Shown here piece by piece: positions 28,736-38,321 of a stretch of DNA of 64,000 nt. The DNA is taken from IMG/VR virus record IMGVR_UViG_3300042473_001540, positions 245,757-309,756 of that record. The stretch is one strand, 5' to 3'. The position numbers and the translations under genes are program-made. The first letter of the stretch is position 1, and each line of letters opens with the position of its first letter. A model generated the notes under the pieces. That model had not been told where the DNA came from and ran no database searches. It worked only from the letters and a program-made list of their open reading frames with translations.

Positions 28736-30343
28736 ATGTTGACTGTTCCAGCCTCGATTGAGAATGCTCGCAAGGTGCTGCGACTCAGCACCAAGCACAA
28801 CCTCAAGGTTGATCCCCGAGTTGAAGCTTTCTTGAACAGCATCCCTCGGGTCACCCAGCTGGAAGGTTTCAACTTCAAGCTGAAGCCTTACCAGGCAGAG
28901 GCTGTTGCGTGGTTGGAGAGCCAGCTGGGAGTTGGACTGTTGGCTGAAGAACAGGGACTGGGAAAGACCGTTGAGGTTATGGCCTACGCCCACAAGAATC
29001 AGCTGTTTCCTATGATGGTAGTGCTGCCCAATACTCTTAAGTTGAATTGGCGGAATGAAATCATCGCGATGACTGGCACTCGGTACCAAATCAATGTGGT
29101 GGGCACTTCCTACAGCAAGCGTGCCACTGCTGAGCGAGCTGCTCGGCATCCCAATGTCATCTACAGCAAGCGGCCCACAGCCGGTTGCGACATCTACCTT
29201 GTGAACTACGACATCCTCAGTAGCAACCTCGACGACATCGAGGCATTGAATCTCAAGTTCATGGCGGTGGATGAGAGCCACAAGATCAAGAATCCCAGTG
29301 CCAAGCGCACACAGGCTTACATGCGGCTAGCTACTGGTGAGGTGGAGGAAAAGCTCAAGGGCGGTGTGCGCAAGACTCACAAGGTCAGCAAGCCTGTGCC
29401 GCGTGTGGTTCTGATTTCAGGCACTCCAATGGTAAACAGGCCGGCAGAGCTGTGGAGCACTGTCAGGAGCTTGGCCAGCTATGTGCCGCAGTTCAGCACT
29501 TGGAACAAGTTCGCATGGCGCTTCTGCAACCCGGTGAATAACGGGCATGGTTGGAACTTCGGTGGCAGCTCGAACATGGATGAACTGCACCAGCTGCTGA
29601 CAAGCCACCTCATGCTGCGTCGCTTGAAGCGGGACGTGCTGAAGGAGCTGCCGCCCAAGGTGTATCAGGTTATCCCACTGGAGTTTGACCGTGCGGAGTA
29701 TGACAGCGTAGAGCGAGCCTTCAAGGGAATTGATTGGAAAGCTGGCCTTGAGACTATGATCCGCTTGGGCAGCAATGCTCCCAAGAGCGATGAGCGCATT
29801 GTTGCGATGCAGAAGCTGCGTGAGGTGGCTGCGCTCAGCAAGCTCGCCAGCACTGTAGAGTGGATTCGAGATTATACTGAAAACGGCGAGAAGCTGGTGG
29901 TGTTTGCCCACAACCGGGCGGTGATTGACCATATCCAAGGTGCGCTAGCTGCGGACCAGGAGTGGGGCGGAAAGGTTGGAGTTATCTACGGTGGGGTCAG
30001 CAACGAAGAGCGTGCACAGGCTGTTGAGGCTTTTCAGAATGATCCCAAGACCCGAGTGATTTTGGTTAGCATCTCTGCTGGTGGTTTTGGCCTTACCCTT
30101 ACGGCTGCAAATGCGGTGGCGTTTGTGCAGACGCCGTGGAGCCCTGGAGAAATTCAGCAGTGTGCAGACCGTGTGCACCGCATTGGTCAAACTAGCGACC
30201 AGGTTACGATTTTCAACTTGGTGGCTGAAAATACTATCGAAGAGATGATGGCAGACATGCTGTTCAGCAAGGGGCAGGTGCTGGATGCGGGATTGGATGG
30301 TGGGGCTGTGGTGAACACAGTGGACTTGCGTGCAGCGGGTTAA
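28736..30343 (+). CDS. SNF2-family helicase/ATPase (HARP/SMARCAL1-like catalytic part)
   Basis: KPYQ, LAEEQGLGKT, DESH, SGTPMVNRP, RRLKRDV, QCADRVHRIGQ; own promoter 28684-28711. Confidence 0.92.
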   Translation: MLTVPASIENARKVLRLSTKHNLKVDPRVEAFLNSIPRVTQLEGFNFKLKPYQAEAVAWLESQLGVGLLAEEQGLGKTVEVMAYAHKNQLFPMMVVLPNTLKLNWRNEIIAMTGTRYQINVVGTSYSKRATAERAARHPNVIYSKRPTAGCDIYLVNYDILSSNLDDIEALNLKFMAVDESHKIKNPSAKRTQAYMRLATGEVEEKLKGGVRKTHKVSKPVPRVVLISGTPMVNRPAELWSTVRSLASYVPQFSTWNKFAWRFCNPVNNGHGWNFGGSSNMDELHQLLTSHLMLRRLKRDVLKELPPKVYQVIPLEFDRAEYDSVERAFKGIDWKAGLETMIRLGSNAPKSDERIVAMQKLREVAALSKLASTVEWIRDYTENGEKLVVFAHNRAVIDHIQGALAADQEWGGKVGVIYGGVSNEERAQAVEAFQNDPKTRVILVSISAGGFGLTLTAANAVAFVQTPWSPGEIQQCADRVHRIGQTSDQVTIFNLVAENTIEEMMADMLFSKGQVLDAGLDGGAVVNTVDLRAAG

Positions 30344-30578
30344 CCGGGATCTGGAAGCGGACTACAGCCAGTGGCACGAGGTGCCTATTGAGGCAGACAA
30401 CCCAGTGCCTTTGCCCCATCTTTTGGACGTGTTGGGCGAGCTGCGATGGAGTTGGCTGAAGAAGACACCTGGAGGCAGCTACTGGCTCCAGTGGCACAGT
30501 GGGGTCAACCCCAAACGATATCAACTGGTGTTTGAGCGTGAAGAAGATGCTCTGCTGTTCAGGTTGACGTGGACCTAG
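30330..30578 (+). CDS. F....DA..F.L.W paralog family protein
   Basis: C-terminus VFEREEDALLFRLTWT. Confidence 0.65.
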   Translation: MQRVNRDLEADYSQWHEVPIEADNPVPLPHLLDVLGELRWSWLKKTPGGSYWLQWHSGVNPKRYQLVFEREEDALLFRLTWT

Positions 30579-30581
30579 CGC

Positions 30582-30824
30582 ATGTATGAGACCACAGTCT
30601 TGCCTCAATGGCCACATATGGTAGTGCTGGAAGGCATGTCTCTTGCTGAGCACGAAAACATGCTGCTGTGGTTGATAGATACCTTGGGCCAACCGGACTT
30701 TTTCAAAGCAAGTAGCCGATGGAGCTATCGTTCTCTGTCATCTCACCAACATTATGAAAAAATTTGGGTGAGCTTTCGGAGCCAAGAGGATGCCAGCTTG
30801 TTTGCCCTCTTGTGGGGAAGGTAG
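30582..30824 (+). CDS. F....DA..F.L.W paralog family protein
   Basis: C-terminus SFRSQEDASLFALLWGR. Confidence 0.7.
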   Translation: MYETTVLPQWPHMVVLEGMSLAEHENMLLWLIDTLGQPDFFKASSRWSYRSLSSHQHYEKIWVSFRSQEDASLFALLWGR

Positions 30825-30863
30825 CATATTGACAACCTTTGGGGTTTCTGATACGCTTTAAGT

Positions 30864-31529
30864 ATGACACTTGATTATTCCATTTGGCTTATTTCACAAA
30901 ATTTTGACGATTTACAATTTGCCAACAGCAAATTACAAAACAATACAGTGAATTGGTTCAATGGCAGCAATTATCCCAGTTTTTCCCTGCTGGTGAACGA
31001 TTGTGTTCACCAGAGTCCTACAGAAACAACTATCATACTTTGTAATCGCGTTGCCCCCTCTGACGAAAATATTCAATTGATTTTACAAAAGCTGGATGAA
31101 GGGTTTGCCTTTGTGGCGTTGTATGATTTCCGTTTTTTTGGTATCAAAAAGGAATTGTTTAGGCAAATAGGTGGCTTGGACGAGAAGTTTCCTGGAGGCT
31201 TTGAAGACGATGATTTCATATTGCGATTGATTGGCAACAATCTAGCCTGCTATATTACACAAGAGGCTGAGTATTTCTGGGCCCCCAGCACTTGGGCCCC
31301 TTCAGGACAATATCTTGGCATAAGCTATTTTCAAGAAAAATGGATCAGTTGGCCGGATGCAGTCAACACAACTGAGATGTATAAAAGATTGCCCGACAGT
31401 TTTAAACAACGAGATTGGGGACCCAGGACGCCAGGTGAGTTCTTGTCATGCAAGGAACACAGCTATGTTCAGTCTTGGTTATGCAAGTATTTTTACTTGA
31501 ACTCAATCAGGAAAATTTGTGATTTTTAA
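30864..31529 (+). CDS. GT2/GT-A-like glycosyltransferase
   Basis: KELFRQIGGLDEKF..GFEDDDFILR motif. Confidence 0.7.
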   Translation: MTLDYSIWLISQNFDDLQFANSKLQNNTVNWFNGSNYPSFSLLVNDCVHQSPTETTIILCNRVAPSDENIQLILQKLDEGFAFVALYDFRFFGIKKELFRQIGGLDEKFPGGFEDDDFILRLIGNNLACYITQEAEYFWAPSTWAPSGQYLGISYFQEKWISWPDAVNTTEMYKRLPDSFKQRDWGPRTPGEFLSCKEHSYVQSWLCKYFYLNSIRKICDF

Positions 31530-31579
31530 GATATGTTATGCCTCTACATACAGGCCGGTGGCATACCAACCAGTGACAT

Positions 31580-31615
31580 GTGAACTACTACGCCCTAAAG
31601 GCACCTAGCTTTCCG
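31580..31615 (-). mobile_element. orphan IS200/IS605 (IS1341-like) right-end-like hairpin
   Basis: Minus strand GGAAAGCTAGGTGCCTTTAGGGCGTAGTAGTTCAC resembles GAAGC-hairpin-GTAGTTCAC right ends; no tnpA/tnpB adjacent. Confidence 0.45.
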
Positions 31616-31699
31616 CGGCAGATTGTAACTAGCCATGTATTGAAATTCATACCTCCTTTTAATTTTTTCCAAGAGTGATTGTCAATTTAAATAAGTGTT

Positions 31700-32923
31700 A
31701 TGAATCAACCAATAGATCCTTGCCAGGGCGTGAGCCTCACAGTTACATTTCCAAAGTTTGAATGCACTGATGGTGTATTACCCAATTTCAACAATCTTGA
31801 TGAGTTTGGCCGAGGGCTAGGCAGCATACCAGGGCAATTGGGTCAGATAGCTCAATGCACTGTTACTGCCACAGCCAAACAAATTTCGGATGCAATAGAC
31901 AGTTTACTGAAATTATTTGACAAAACCTTTGGGACCACACTAGGCAGCGTGGACAATCCTGTGTACGGCCCTAACCTCAAAGTCCCAGAACAAGAAATGG
32001 GTGTACGACTGCGAGCACTGTTTAATGAGTTCAAACTCTATTTGGAACTCAAGTTATTGGACATTTTGGGCAGGATTATTCCCAACTTGAGCTTTTTGAA
32101 TATACCGTTGCCGTTCCTGCCCAACTGTACAGTGCGTGATCTTCTTAGTGCAGAGGGTAGAGCTAAAATAAGAGCTGCAATTGGCGCTCGCCAAGATCAA
32201 ATAGCAAAAGCCTTGGGCCTACCTTGGAATATCACATTTGATGGAACATTGGGTTTGAAGAACGATGAAATGCGCCAACAAAGCCTAATCAGTAGAGTAT
32301 GGAGTGAGTTCCACAAAGGTTTATTGAGCCTAATCAACAGAGGTTTCCGAGCACTAAGAGCTTTGACTGAACCGATCAAAAAAATTTGGCAAGCCCTGCG
32401 CTTACCAGACCTTCCCAATTTGGTGGCCCTAAATTTTGAAGAGCTTTTCAATAGTGTGTGGCAACCCATCAAAGACTTGGCCATCAGTGCTAATGAAAAA
32501 ATGCAGCGCATGATTGATTACTTTCTTGAGTTTGATATAAAAAACTTTTTGGACAAGGCATTTAGTCCCTTGTTGAAATTCATAGCTTGGCCTTTTCCCA
32601 CAAAAGTCAAACAGCTTCTCAAAATATCTGACCCACCCAAAGATCTCAATCTTGAGAGCAAGGAAACCCGCTTCAACAGCATAATGCAGGCTGTGAAAGA
32701 CTTGTTTGAACAAATTCCTACTCTGATATTGGAACTGTGGATGAAGCTTGTCGTGGGGTTCTTCAAAGCTATCTTGAAGTTTGTTCCCATACTCAAAGAA
32801 ATCTTCAAGTACATTCCCTTCACCTTCTGCACATTTATTGGGCTGGTGTTAAGTCCCATTTTGGGACTGGGAAGTGCAGTGGCTGGCCTTATTCCTCCTG
32901 GAATCTCAGTGCAACAAACTTAG
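31700..32923 (+). CDS. late hypothetical protein, hydrophobic Leu/Phe-rich
   Basis: TAAATA at 31688-31693; convergent with baseplate hub gene. Confidence 0.75.
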   Translation: MNQPIDPCQGVSLTVTFPKFECTDGVLPNFNNLDEFGRGLGSIPGQLGQIAQCTVTATAKQISDAIDSLLKLFDKTFGTTLGSVDNPVYGPNLKVPEQEMGVRLRALFNEFKLYLELKLLDILGRIIPNLSFLNIPLPFLPNCTVRDLLSAEGRAKIRAAIGARQDQIAKALGLPWNITFDGTLGLKNDEMRQQSLISRVWSEFHKGLLSLINRGFRALRALTEPIKKIWQALRLPDLPNLVALNFEELFNSVWQPIKDLAISANEKMQRMIDYFLEFDIKNFLDKAFSPLLKFIAWPFPTKVKQLLKISDPPKDLNLESKETRFNSIMQAVKDLFEQIPTLILELWMKLVVGFFKAILKFVPILKEIFKYIPFTFCTFIGLVLSPILGLGSAVAGLIPPGISVQQT

Positions 32924-35697
32924 CCGCACTGAGTTCCATTCAGTTGATCAAAAATGGTCTTTGCTGTATTGAATCTGTTTTGAGCTTCTGGGGTAATTGT
33001 TCCCTGCCGTCCCAACAGCCCTGATGAACTGATCTCGTAGTATTCATTTACTGCTCTAGCTGCTGACTCAGGACTGTTGGTTGCCAACATCTTGGAGTAG
33101 GCACTGCGATGTGTGTTCTTGAATTCCCAATCCACAAAGTCTAGGCTTTTATACAAGGCAGTGTCGTTTGATAGTTGACTCAATTGTGGCCAACTTACAC
33201 CAATAGCCCGTGGCATATTTTTGAAACGATCGGAATTCCATTGAGCCAAGCCTTTGAAGGTGGGGTTGCTGTCCACTCGGGGATTCAAGGCACTTTCAAT
33301 AGTGAAATTGCCCAGCAAGCCAGCAATGTGTTCGGGTTGATAACCTTTGCCCTTCAAGTAACACCAAGCTTTTTTGGCTTGATTGGAATCAAATCCTTTG
33401 CCAGCCCCACTTGCTGCTGCACTGAAGTCTGCATCAGGTCTAGCTTGGCCACTGAACAAAAATGCGTTGTTGAGACGGCGAGTTTTGAGTTCAAACTTTT
33501 CTTCGTTGTTACAAGCCAAAATCCATCGACTCATTTCATTTGGAACTTTGTTGTAGTCTCCGCTGCTGATCATGCCAGTGATGCCGCTCTTGTCAAAGTT
33601 GTCAGAGCCAATGTTGTAGATGAAGTCTGCTAAACTATTGAACTGATCTTGTGTTAATAGGTTGCTACCAATGCTGCTGTGAATCTTGCCTTCAATTTTT
33701 TTGATGTCTGTTTTCAACAACACCTTCATATTGGTTTCGCTTATACCCTCTCCAACATTCAATTGCGTGCTGATCTGAGTGCCAGAATCGTCTGTTGCAT
33801 TCAAGGTAACTGTGTTGTTTTGAAGTTCTTCACTTGATAACAAATGACCATAACCCAACAGCTTTTGCCCGCTTTTGCATGCATCGTCAAAGGGCTTGCC
33901 AATCAAATTGCCACCCAAACCTTCATGATCAATTATGATTTGAATACCACGGTTGTTAACTGTCCACTCTGTGGAGGGGAGCAATACTCTGGGACCCAAC
34001 GGTTTGAATTCATATTGTGGAGTCCCACCTTCGTCCCAACTTTGCCCAATGTGCAAGCCAGTTTGACCATTCACTATTCCATATACTTGGAGTGGTTTGT
34101 CTTGTGCTGGACTCACTTGCCCCACTTTGTAAGTGCTTTCAGGTGGAGTGATTTTCCTCTGCACTAGGCCTGTGTTGGAATAACCTGGGCCTGAAACACT
34201 TCTTTGTCTCCAAGGATCAGCTCCTGGCAGTCTGCTGACAATGGTTTGAACAATCTGAATGCTTCTTGCAGGACTCACTACATTCTGCAACTGCACTCTT
34301 TCTTCCGTTCGAATGTCAGGCGATAATGCAACTACTCCTGGTACAGCAGTTATGGGATTATCTGGATTGGTGGGCTTGGCTGCATCTGGTAAATTAGCAA
34401 CATTCAAGACTGTTTTTGGACCAGTGTTCACACTTCCTGCACCAGAACGCAAGTTTACAGATCCATTGCCTTGAACTTTGACATCAGCACCACCTACTAA
34501 ATTCAAGGTACCTGTGCTTTGAACTTTTACATCAGCACTGGCAACTAAATTTAAGTTACCATTTGTGCTTCTTAACCTTACGTCACCTGTGCTGCTGGCA
34601 TCAACATTGCCTCCTGCAAACAAGCGAATATTACCAGTCAAGTTTTTGATGTCAATGTTGCTTTCTTGAGTGGTGAGAAATATGCCATAATTGCTTCTGT
34701 ATTGTAGGCTGCCTACAGCAGTGTTGTAGATATTTGAATTACTGACAAGATGCATATTTCCTTGACTGAACAACAAAACATCTCCACCACTGCTGATGTT
34801 GAAGGGCTTTTTGCTGAACATGCGTGTTTCATCTAGGCTTCTCATTTTGATGCTGCCACCAGCTTCAATATTCACATCTCTGTCAGCATGTAAATTGATG
34901 TCTTGTCCGGCACTGACACTTACACTCTTTTGTCCAAAAATGTCAATGTTGCCTTCTTTGTCCATCTCTATCCTGGCTCTGTTTGGACCAGTGTTGATTA
35001 TGATTCTATCTTTTGTATCATGAATAACAATTTGAGCTAGGCCACGAGTTTGCAGGCGGATGAAAGCGTCTTCTGGGGTGTCGTCCATAACGAAGGTGTG
35101 CCCATATGGGGTTCGGATACCCATAGTGCGAATACCCTGTTGCATACCTCTCGGTGCTGGTCCACCTTGTTCAATAGGGAGGTTAACTCCTCCAGATTCT
35201 CGAGCTGCATCGTAACCTGATAAAAACGTTGGTGATTCACCAGTGAATATATTTGGGTTCTGCTCTTGTGGATTGCTGGCAGGAGTGCTGGCAGGAGTGC
35301 TGGGAGTCATATGATTGCGGTCAACTTGGAACAAACATCCAAACCAAACCCCTCGGCTAGGATCGCCATTTATGAAACAAACCAGCACTTGGTTATTGAG
35401 GTCAGGTGGTATGAATGTCATACCATAGTCTGTTTGTGAGCTTGTGGGATTTAGGTTTACATCAGCTACGTTTGATGCCCCAGCAAATGGACTGGCGTAA
35501 TCACAAATGATCCACGTTGCTTCATTATTGATTGCTCCACCAAGTTCAGGGATCCAAACTCGGATACGTCCCATGTTGCGAGCATCATTTACGTCTCGTA
35601 TTAGGCCAAGATAAATTTTGTCCCAGGTGGCACGTAGCCCCCCAGGCTCTAGCTCATAAGCTCCAGGTAAATTTACTGTTTGTTTTAATGTTGCCAT
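32920..35697 (-). CDS. gp5: baseplate hub/tail lysozyme (gp5-like OB fold, beta-helix, GH24 lysozyme and phage-tail lysozyme domains)
   Basis: GRIRVWIP..YASPF..VLVCFINGDPSRGVW; RTPYGHTFVMDD; HEG..GYGH..QFNSLADFIYNIG; IAGLLGNFTIES..GLAQW. Confidence 0.85.
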   Translation of the reverse strand: MATLKQTVNLPGAYELEPGGLRATWDKIYLGLIRDVNDARNMGRIRVWIPELGGAINNEATWIICDYASPFAGASNVADVNLNPTSSQTDYGMTFIPPDLNNQVLVCFINGDPSRGVWFGCLFQVDRNHMTPSTPASTPASNPQEQNPNIFTGESPTFLSGYDAARESGGVNLPIEQGGPAPRGMQQGIRTMGIRTPYGHTFVMDDTPEDAFIRLQTRGLAQIVIHDTKDRIIINTGPNRARIEMDKEGNIDIFGQKSVSVSAGQDINLHADRDVNIEAGGSIKMRSLDETRMFSKKPFNISSGGDVLLFSQGNMHLVSNSNIYNTAVGSLQYRSNYGIFLTTQESNIDIKNLTGNIRLFAGGNVDASSTGDVRLRSTNGNLNLVASADVKVQSTGTLNLVGGADVKVQGNGSVNLRSGAGSVNTGPKTVLNVANLPDAAKPTNPDNPITAVPGVVALSPDIRTEERVQLQNVVSPARSIQIVQTIVSRLPGADPWRQRSVSGPGYSNTGLVQRKITPPESTYKVGQVSPAQDKPLQVYGIVNGQTGLHIGQSWDEGGTPQYEFKPLGPRVLLPSTEWTVNNRGIQIIIDHEGLGGNLIGKPFDDACKSGQKLLGYGHLLSSEELQNNTVTLNATDDSGTQISTQLNVGEGISETNMKVLLKTDIKKIEGKIHSSIGSNLLTQDQFNSLADFIYNIGSDNFDKSGITGMISSGDYNKVPNEMSRWILACNNEEKFELKTRRLNNAFLFSGQARPDADFSAAASGAGKGFDSNQAKKAWCYLKGKGYQPEHIAGLLGNFTIESALNPRVDSNPTFKGLAQWNSDRFKNMPRAIGVSWPQLSQLSNDTALYKSLDFVDWEFKNTHRSAYSKMLATNSPESAARAVNEYYEISSSGLLGRQGTITPEAQNRFNTAKTIFDQLNGTQCG

Positions 35698-35712
35698 TTA
35701 TAGCTTCTCAAA

Positions 35713-38022
35713 TTATTGATTTATACCTGTTCTCAAAACTGCCGGTACAGTACCAAACTCTGTTCGCGAGTCGCCCAAATTACTCAAAAGGTCACGGGTT
35801 GCTTCACATCGTTGGGTAAATTTCCCGTCTCTGAATATGTGTGTTACTTGCACCATCATATAGAGAGCATTGAAAAAATCAACATCATCACGCAAGTCCA
35901 TAAACCCTGTGTTTTCGTCAGGAATAGTTCCTGCCCGGAAAGCCAACATAAAAAATGCATCGTAAGGTTGGTAAACGGCGTATTCATCTATATAGACTGG
36001 AACTCCTGACTGTTGACCAAAATATGTCTGTTGTATATAACTTCTCAACTGTCTATCTCTTTCTATATTTGAAGCCCCTAACCAGTAAGGATCACCACGT
36101 ATCTCCATTGTGATATTCACCATATCTTGCATGCGAGCATAAATTTGTTGTGTTACACTGGCATAAACTTTACGAACATCCGTATCAGTAGCAGTCTGAG
36201 GCCTTAGTTGATTTATAATATCTCTAGTATCTTGGATGTAGGTAAGCTGAGCAGGCAATGTCCTATTATTACTACTAAATTCGTCCTCACTAAATTCAAC
36301 ACGTCTTCGCCTTGTTCGTGCAGCATCCCGCTCTCTTTGGAGCTGCTCCCGTAAGCCGGTTACTGGAGATTGATCTTGACCAAAACGTCCATATGCGTCT
36401 TCTAATGTCTGAGCCACATTTGGGTCAAATACTACTAACGACCCTTGAGCTAAGGCACGGCGCGCTGCCTCATCTTCTTGTTCTATTTCTCGTAAACGAC
36501 GCTCACCAGCAGCAATTTGAGTGTCTAATACAACAGCATCAGACGCCTGTGCGCCAGCCCTAAGCCTCCGCAATCTAAGTAACTCTTGTTGAGTTTGATC
36601 GTATTCTTGAAGCGCAGTCTGTCTACGAGCTAAGGCGCTTTGTAAGTCGCCTAGAGAAGTACGCAGTGCACTAAATGCACTTGGCAAAACTGTTTCATTT
36701 GTCATAGGCAAAGGTATCCAATGCAGTGCATTGAATTGAACATCAAGATTTATAATCTCTGTGTTGTTTCCTGTGTAAAAATACAAATAAGCCTTTTTCA
36801 GTAGCTTAACAGTCCCAGTATTAATACTTGCTAATCTAGCATCGTGAAATTCGTTTACAAGTTGGAAAGCTCGGCCAAATTCTTGGCTAGCTATAGCTCT
36901 GCGGGTCTGTTTAACTCCAATATAAAATTGGAATTGCCTTATATAATCATTTCTTATGTAGTCCCACCCAATGTTTTTTACTACACACTCAATCCAAGGA
37001 ACTTTTATGATACCTGACCTATCATCTGGTATAAAAAATGTAATGTCTTGAATTGATGCACAGACGTCATCTACTAACGCACCAATGCTTATGCCTTTAC
37101 CAGCAATAAATTGAACTTTGTCTCCTACTTGCCTAAAACTAGCACGCCGGTTGTTGATTTGTGGGCTAAACTGGATTTTTTGATTTCTCAATGCCTCCTC
37201 AATGAAAAATTGATAAATTACAACCTGTGTTTGTTGATCTTGTGGCCGTTGACTACTTCTTAAATCAATATAAAACTGATTTAGTTCATCTTCCAATTTT
37301 CCAAAAAATTCACCAACTGTTTTATCAAAGTCTATAATATTTTGCCCAGGCAGTACCCCTCCTGGATCAGAAATGCCTATCCTTCCACTTCCTAGTTCAA
37401 TAGTATAAGTTTGTGGTAAAAGATAGAATGAGTTTTTGAATGCCATATTATTATTAACAGCGGCTTTCATTCTATAAATGGTTCCTGCAGCCGTAAGTGT
37501 ATTCGACAAATCAACTATATTAAGTTTGTAGACTTTAAAAAACTTTCTTTGGGCATTGGCAACTATATTTCCGTCAGCATCGTAATAGTTGAACCATAAC
37601 ATCAAAAATATAGGAGCTAATCGCCAATTAAGGTTACCTAGTTGCTTGCTGCTTTCAAAAATTTTGTCAGGTAAGCTCATATTATACGGTTCTGCAATCA
37701 CCATGTCTACTTCTACTGAGGTTGCATTTTTAGTACGAAAATTATGGCTTACAGCATCTTTTATTTCACATTCTATTATATTGAACCCAGCCGTAACTCC
37801 ACTTTCAGCCACAACAACATATCTAACCTCATTTAGGTACAATTTTTCATCAATATCATCTTCATCAGCTTCTCTATCATTTACCAAAACTAATTGTAAA
37901 TGATATGTGTATCTGTCATGAGAATTTAGCATATTATCTTCTGGGCTGAAATTTAGGCCTTTAAGAGCGAGCTCACTTAAAATGCGTCGAAGATAATGAT
38001 TAGTCACAAGTGGGGTAGCCAT
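35713..38022 (-). CDS. baseplate hub / tail protein (gp27-like, tentative)
   Basis: N.L..Y.Y.L.L start; EIRGDPYWLG; Y..QVTHIFRDGKFTQ C-terminal motif; operon position. Confidence 0.65.
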   Translation of the reverse strand: MATPLVTNHYLRRILSELALKGLNFSPEDNMLNSHDRYTYHLQLVLVNDREADEDDIDEKLYLNEVRYVVVAESGVTAGFNIIECEIKDAVSHNFRTKNATSVEVDMVIAEPYNMSLPDKIFESSKQLGNLNWRLAPIFLMLWFNYYDADGNIVANAQRKFFKVYKLNIVDLSNTLTAAGTIYRMKAAVNNNMAFKNSFYLLPQTYTIELGSGRIGISDPGGVLPGQNIIDFDKTVGEFFGKLEDELNQFYIDLRSSQRPQDQQTQVVIYQFFIEEALRNQKIQFSPQINNRRASFRQVGDKVQFIAGKGISIGALVDDVCASIQDITFFIPDDRSGIIKVPWIECVVKNIGWDYIRNDYIRQFQFYIGVKQTRRAIASQEFGRAFQLVNEFHDARLASINTGTVKLLKKAYLYFYTGNNTEIINLDVQFNALHWIPLPMTNETVLPSAFSALRTSLGDLQSALARRQTALQEYDQTQQELLRLRRLRAGAQASDAVVLDTQIAAGERRLREIEQEDEAARRALAQGSLVVFDPNVAQTLEDAYGRFGQDQSPVTGLREQLQRERDAARTRRRRVEFSEDEFSSNNRTLPAQLTYIQDTRDIINQLRPQTATDTDVRKVYASVTQQIYARMQDMVNITMEIRGDPYWLGASNIERDRQLRSYIQQTYFGQQSGVPVYIDEYAVYQPYDAFFMLAFRAGTIPDENTGFMDLRDDVDFFNALYMMVQVTHIFRDGKFTQRCEATRDLLSNLGDSRTEFGTVPAVLRTGINQ

Positions 38023-38321
38023 TACAAACTACTTTCTATACTAAGCTGGTTAGGTGCATAAATTGTTATCCCAGGAACGAAATCATAAATTGGATCCACA
38101 ATTTGATCAGGATTTAGGATAGCAAACGCCCACCATGCCCGGGGATTCTGATATAGTTCAAAACTCAATAAGTCAGGCCGATGTAGATGCCGTTGTGCCA
38201 AAGTAACAATTAGATCGTCAGTTGTTCTTGTGAGCAATGGAGGTCGCCAAAAATCCAGATATGTAGTGTTTTGTGGAGTACGATAGTAAGGACTACTGCG
38301 TAGATAAGTTACTGTTGTCAT
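38022..38321 (-). CDS. gp53: baseplate wedge subunit, LysM-like
   Basis: RPDLLSFELY..WWAFAILNPD..DPIYDF.PG..IYAP. Confidence 0.85.
   Translation of the reverse strand: MTTVTYLRSSPYYRTPQNTTYLDFWRPPLLTRTTDDLIVTLAQRHLHRPDLLSFELYQNPRAWWAFAILNPDQIVDPIYDFVPGITIYAPNQLSIESSL

Noticed and set aside
326-30692. Many long minus-strand ORFs in the early region (e.g. 19636-20253, 26814-27719, 28616-29281)
   Set aside because: Shadows of C/G-ending codon usage on the + strand; no RBS, promoter or recognisable motifs
31588-31685. 20-aa minus-strand peptide with AGGAGGT and a TTGACA promoter
   Set aside because: The SD-like motif abuts the ATG with no spacer and there is no acceptable -10 at 16-18 nt
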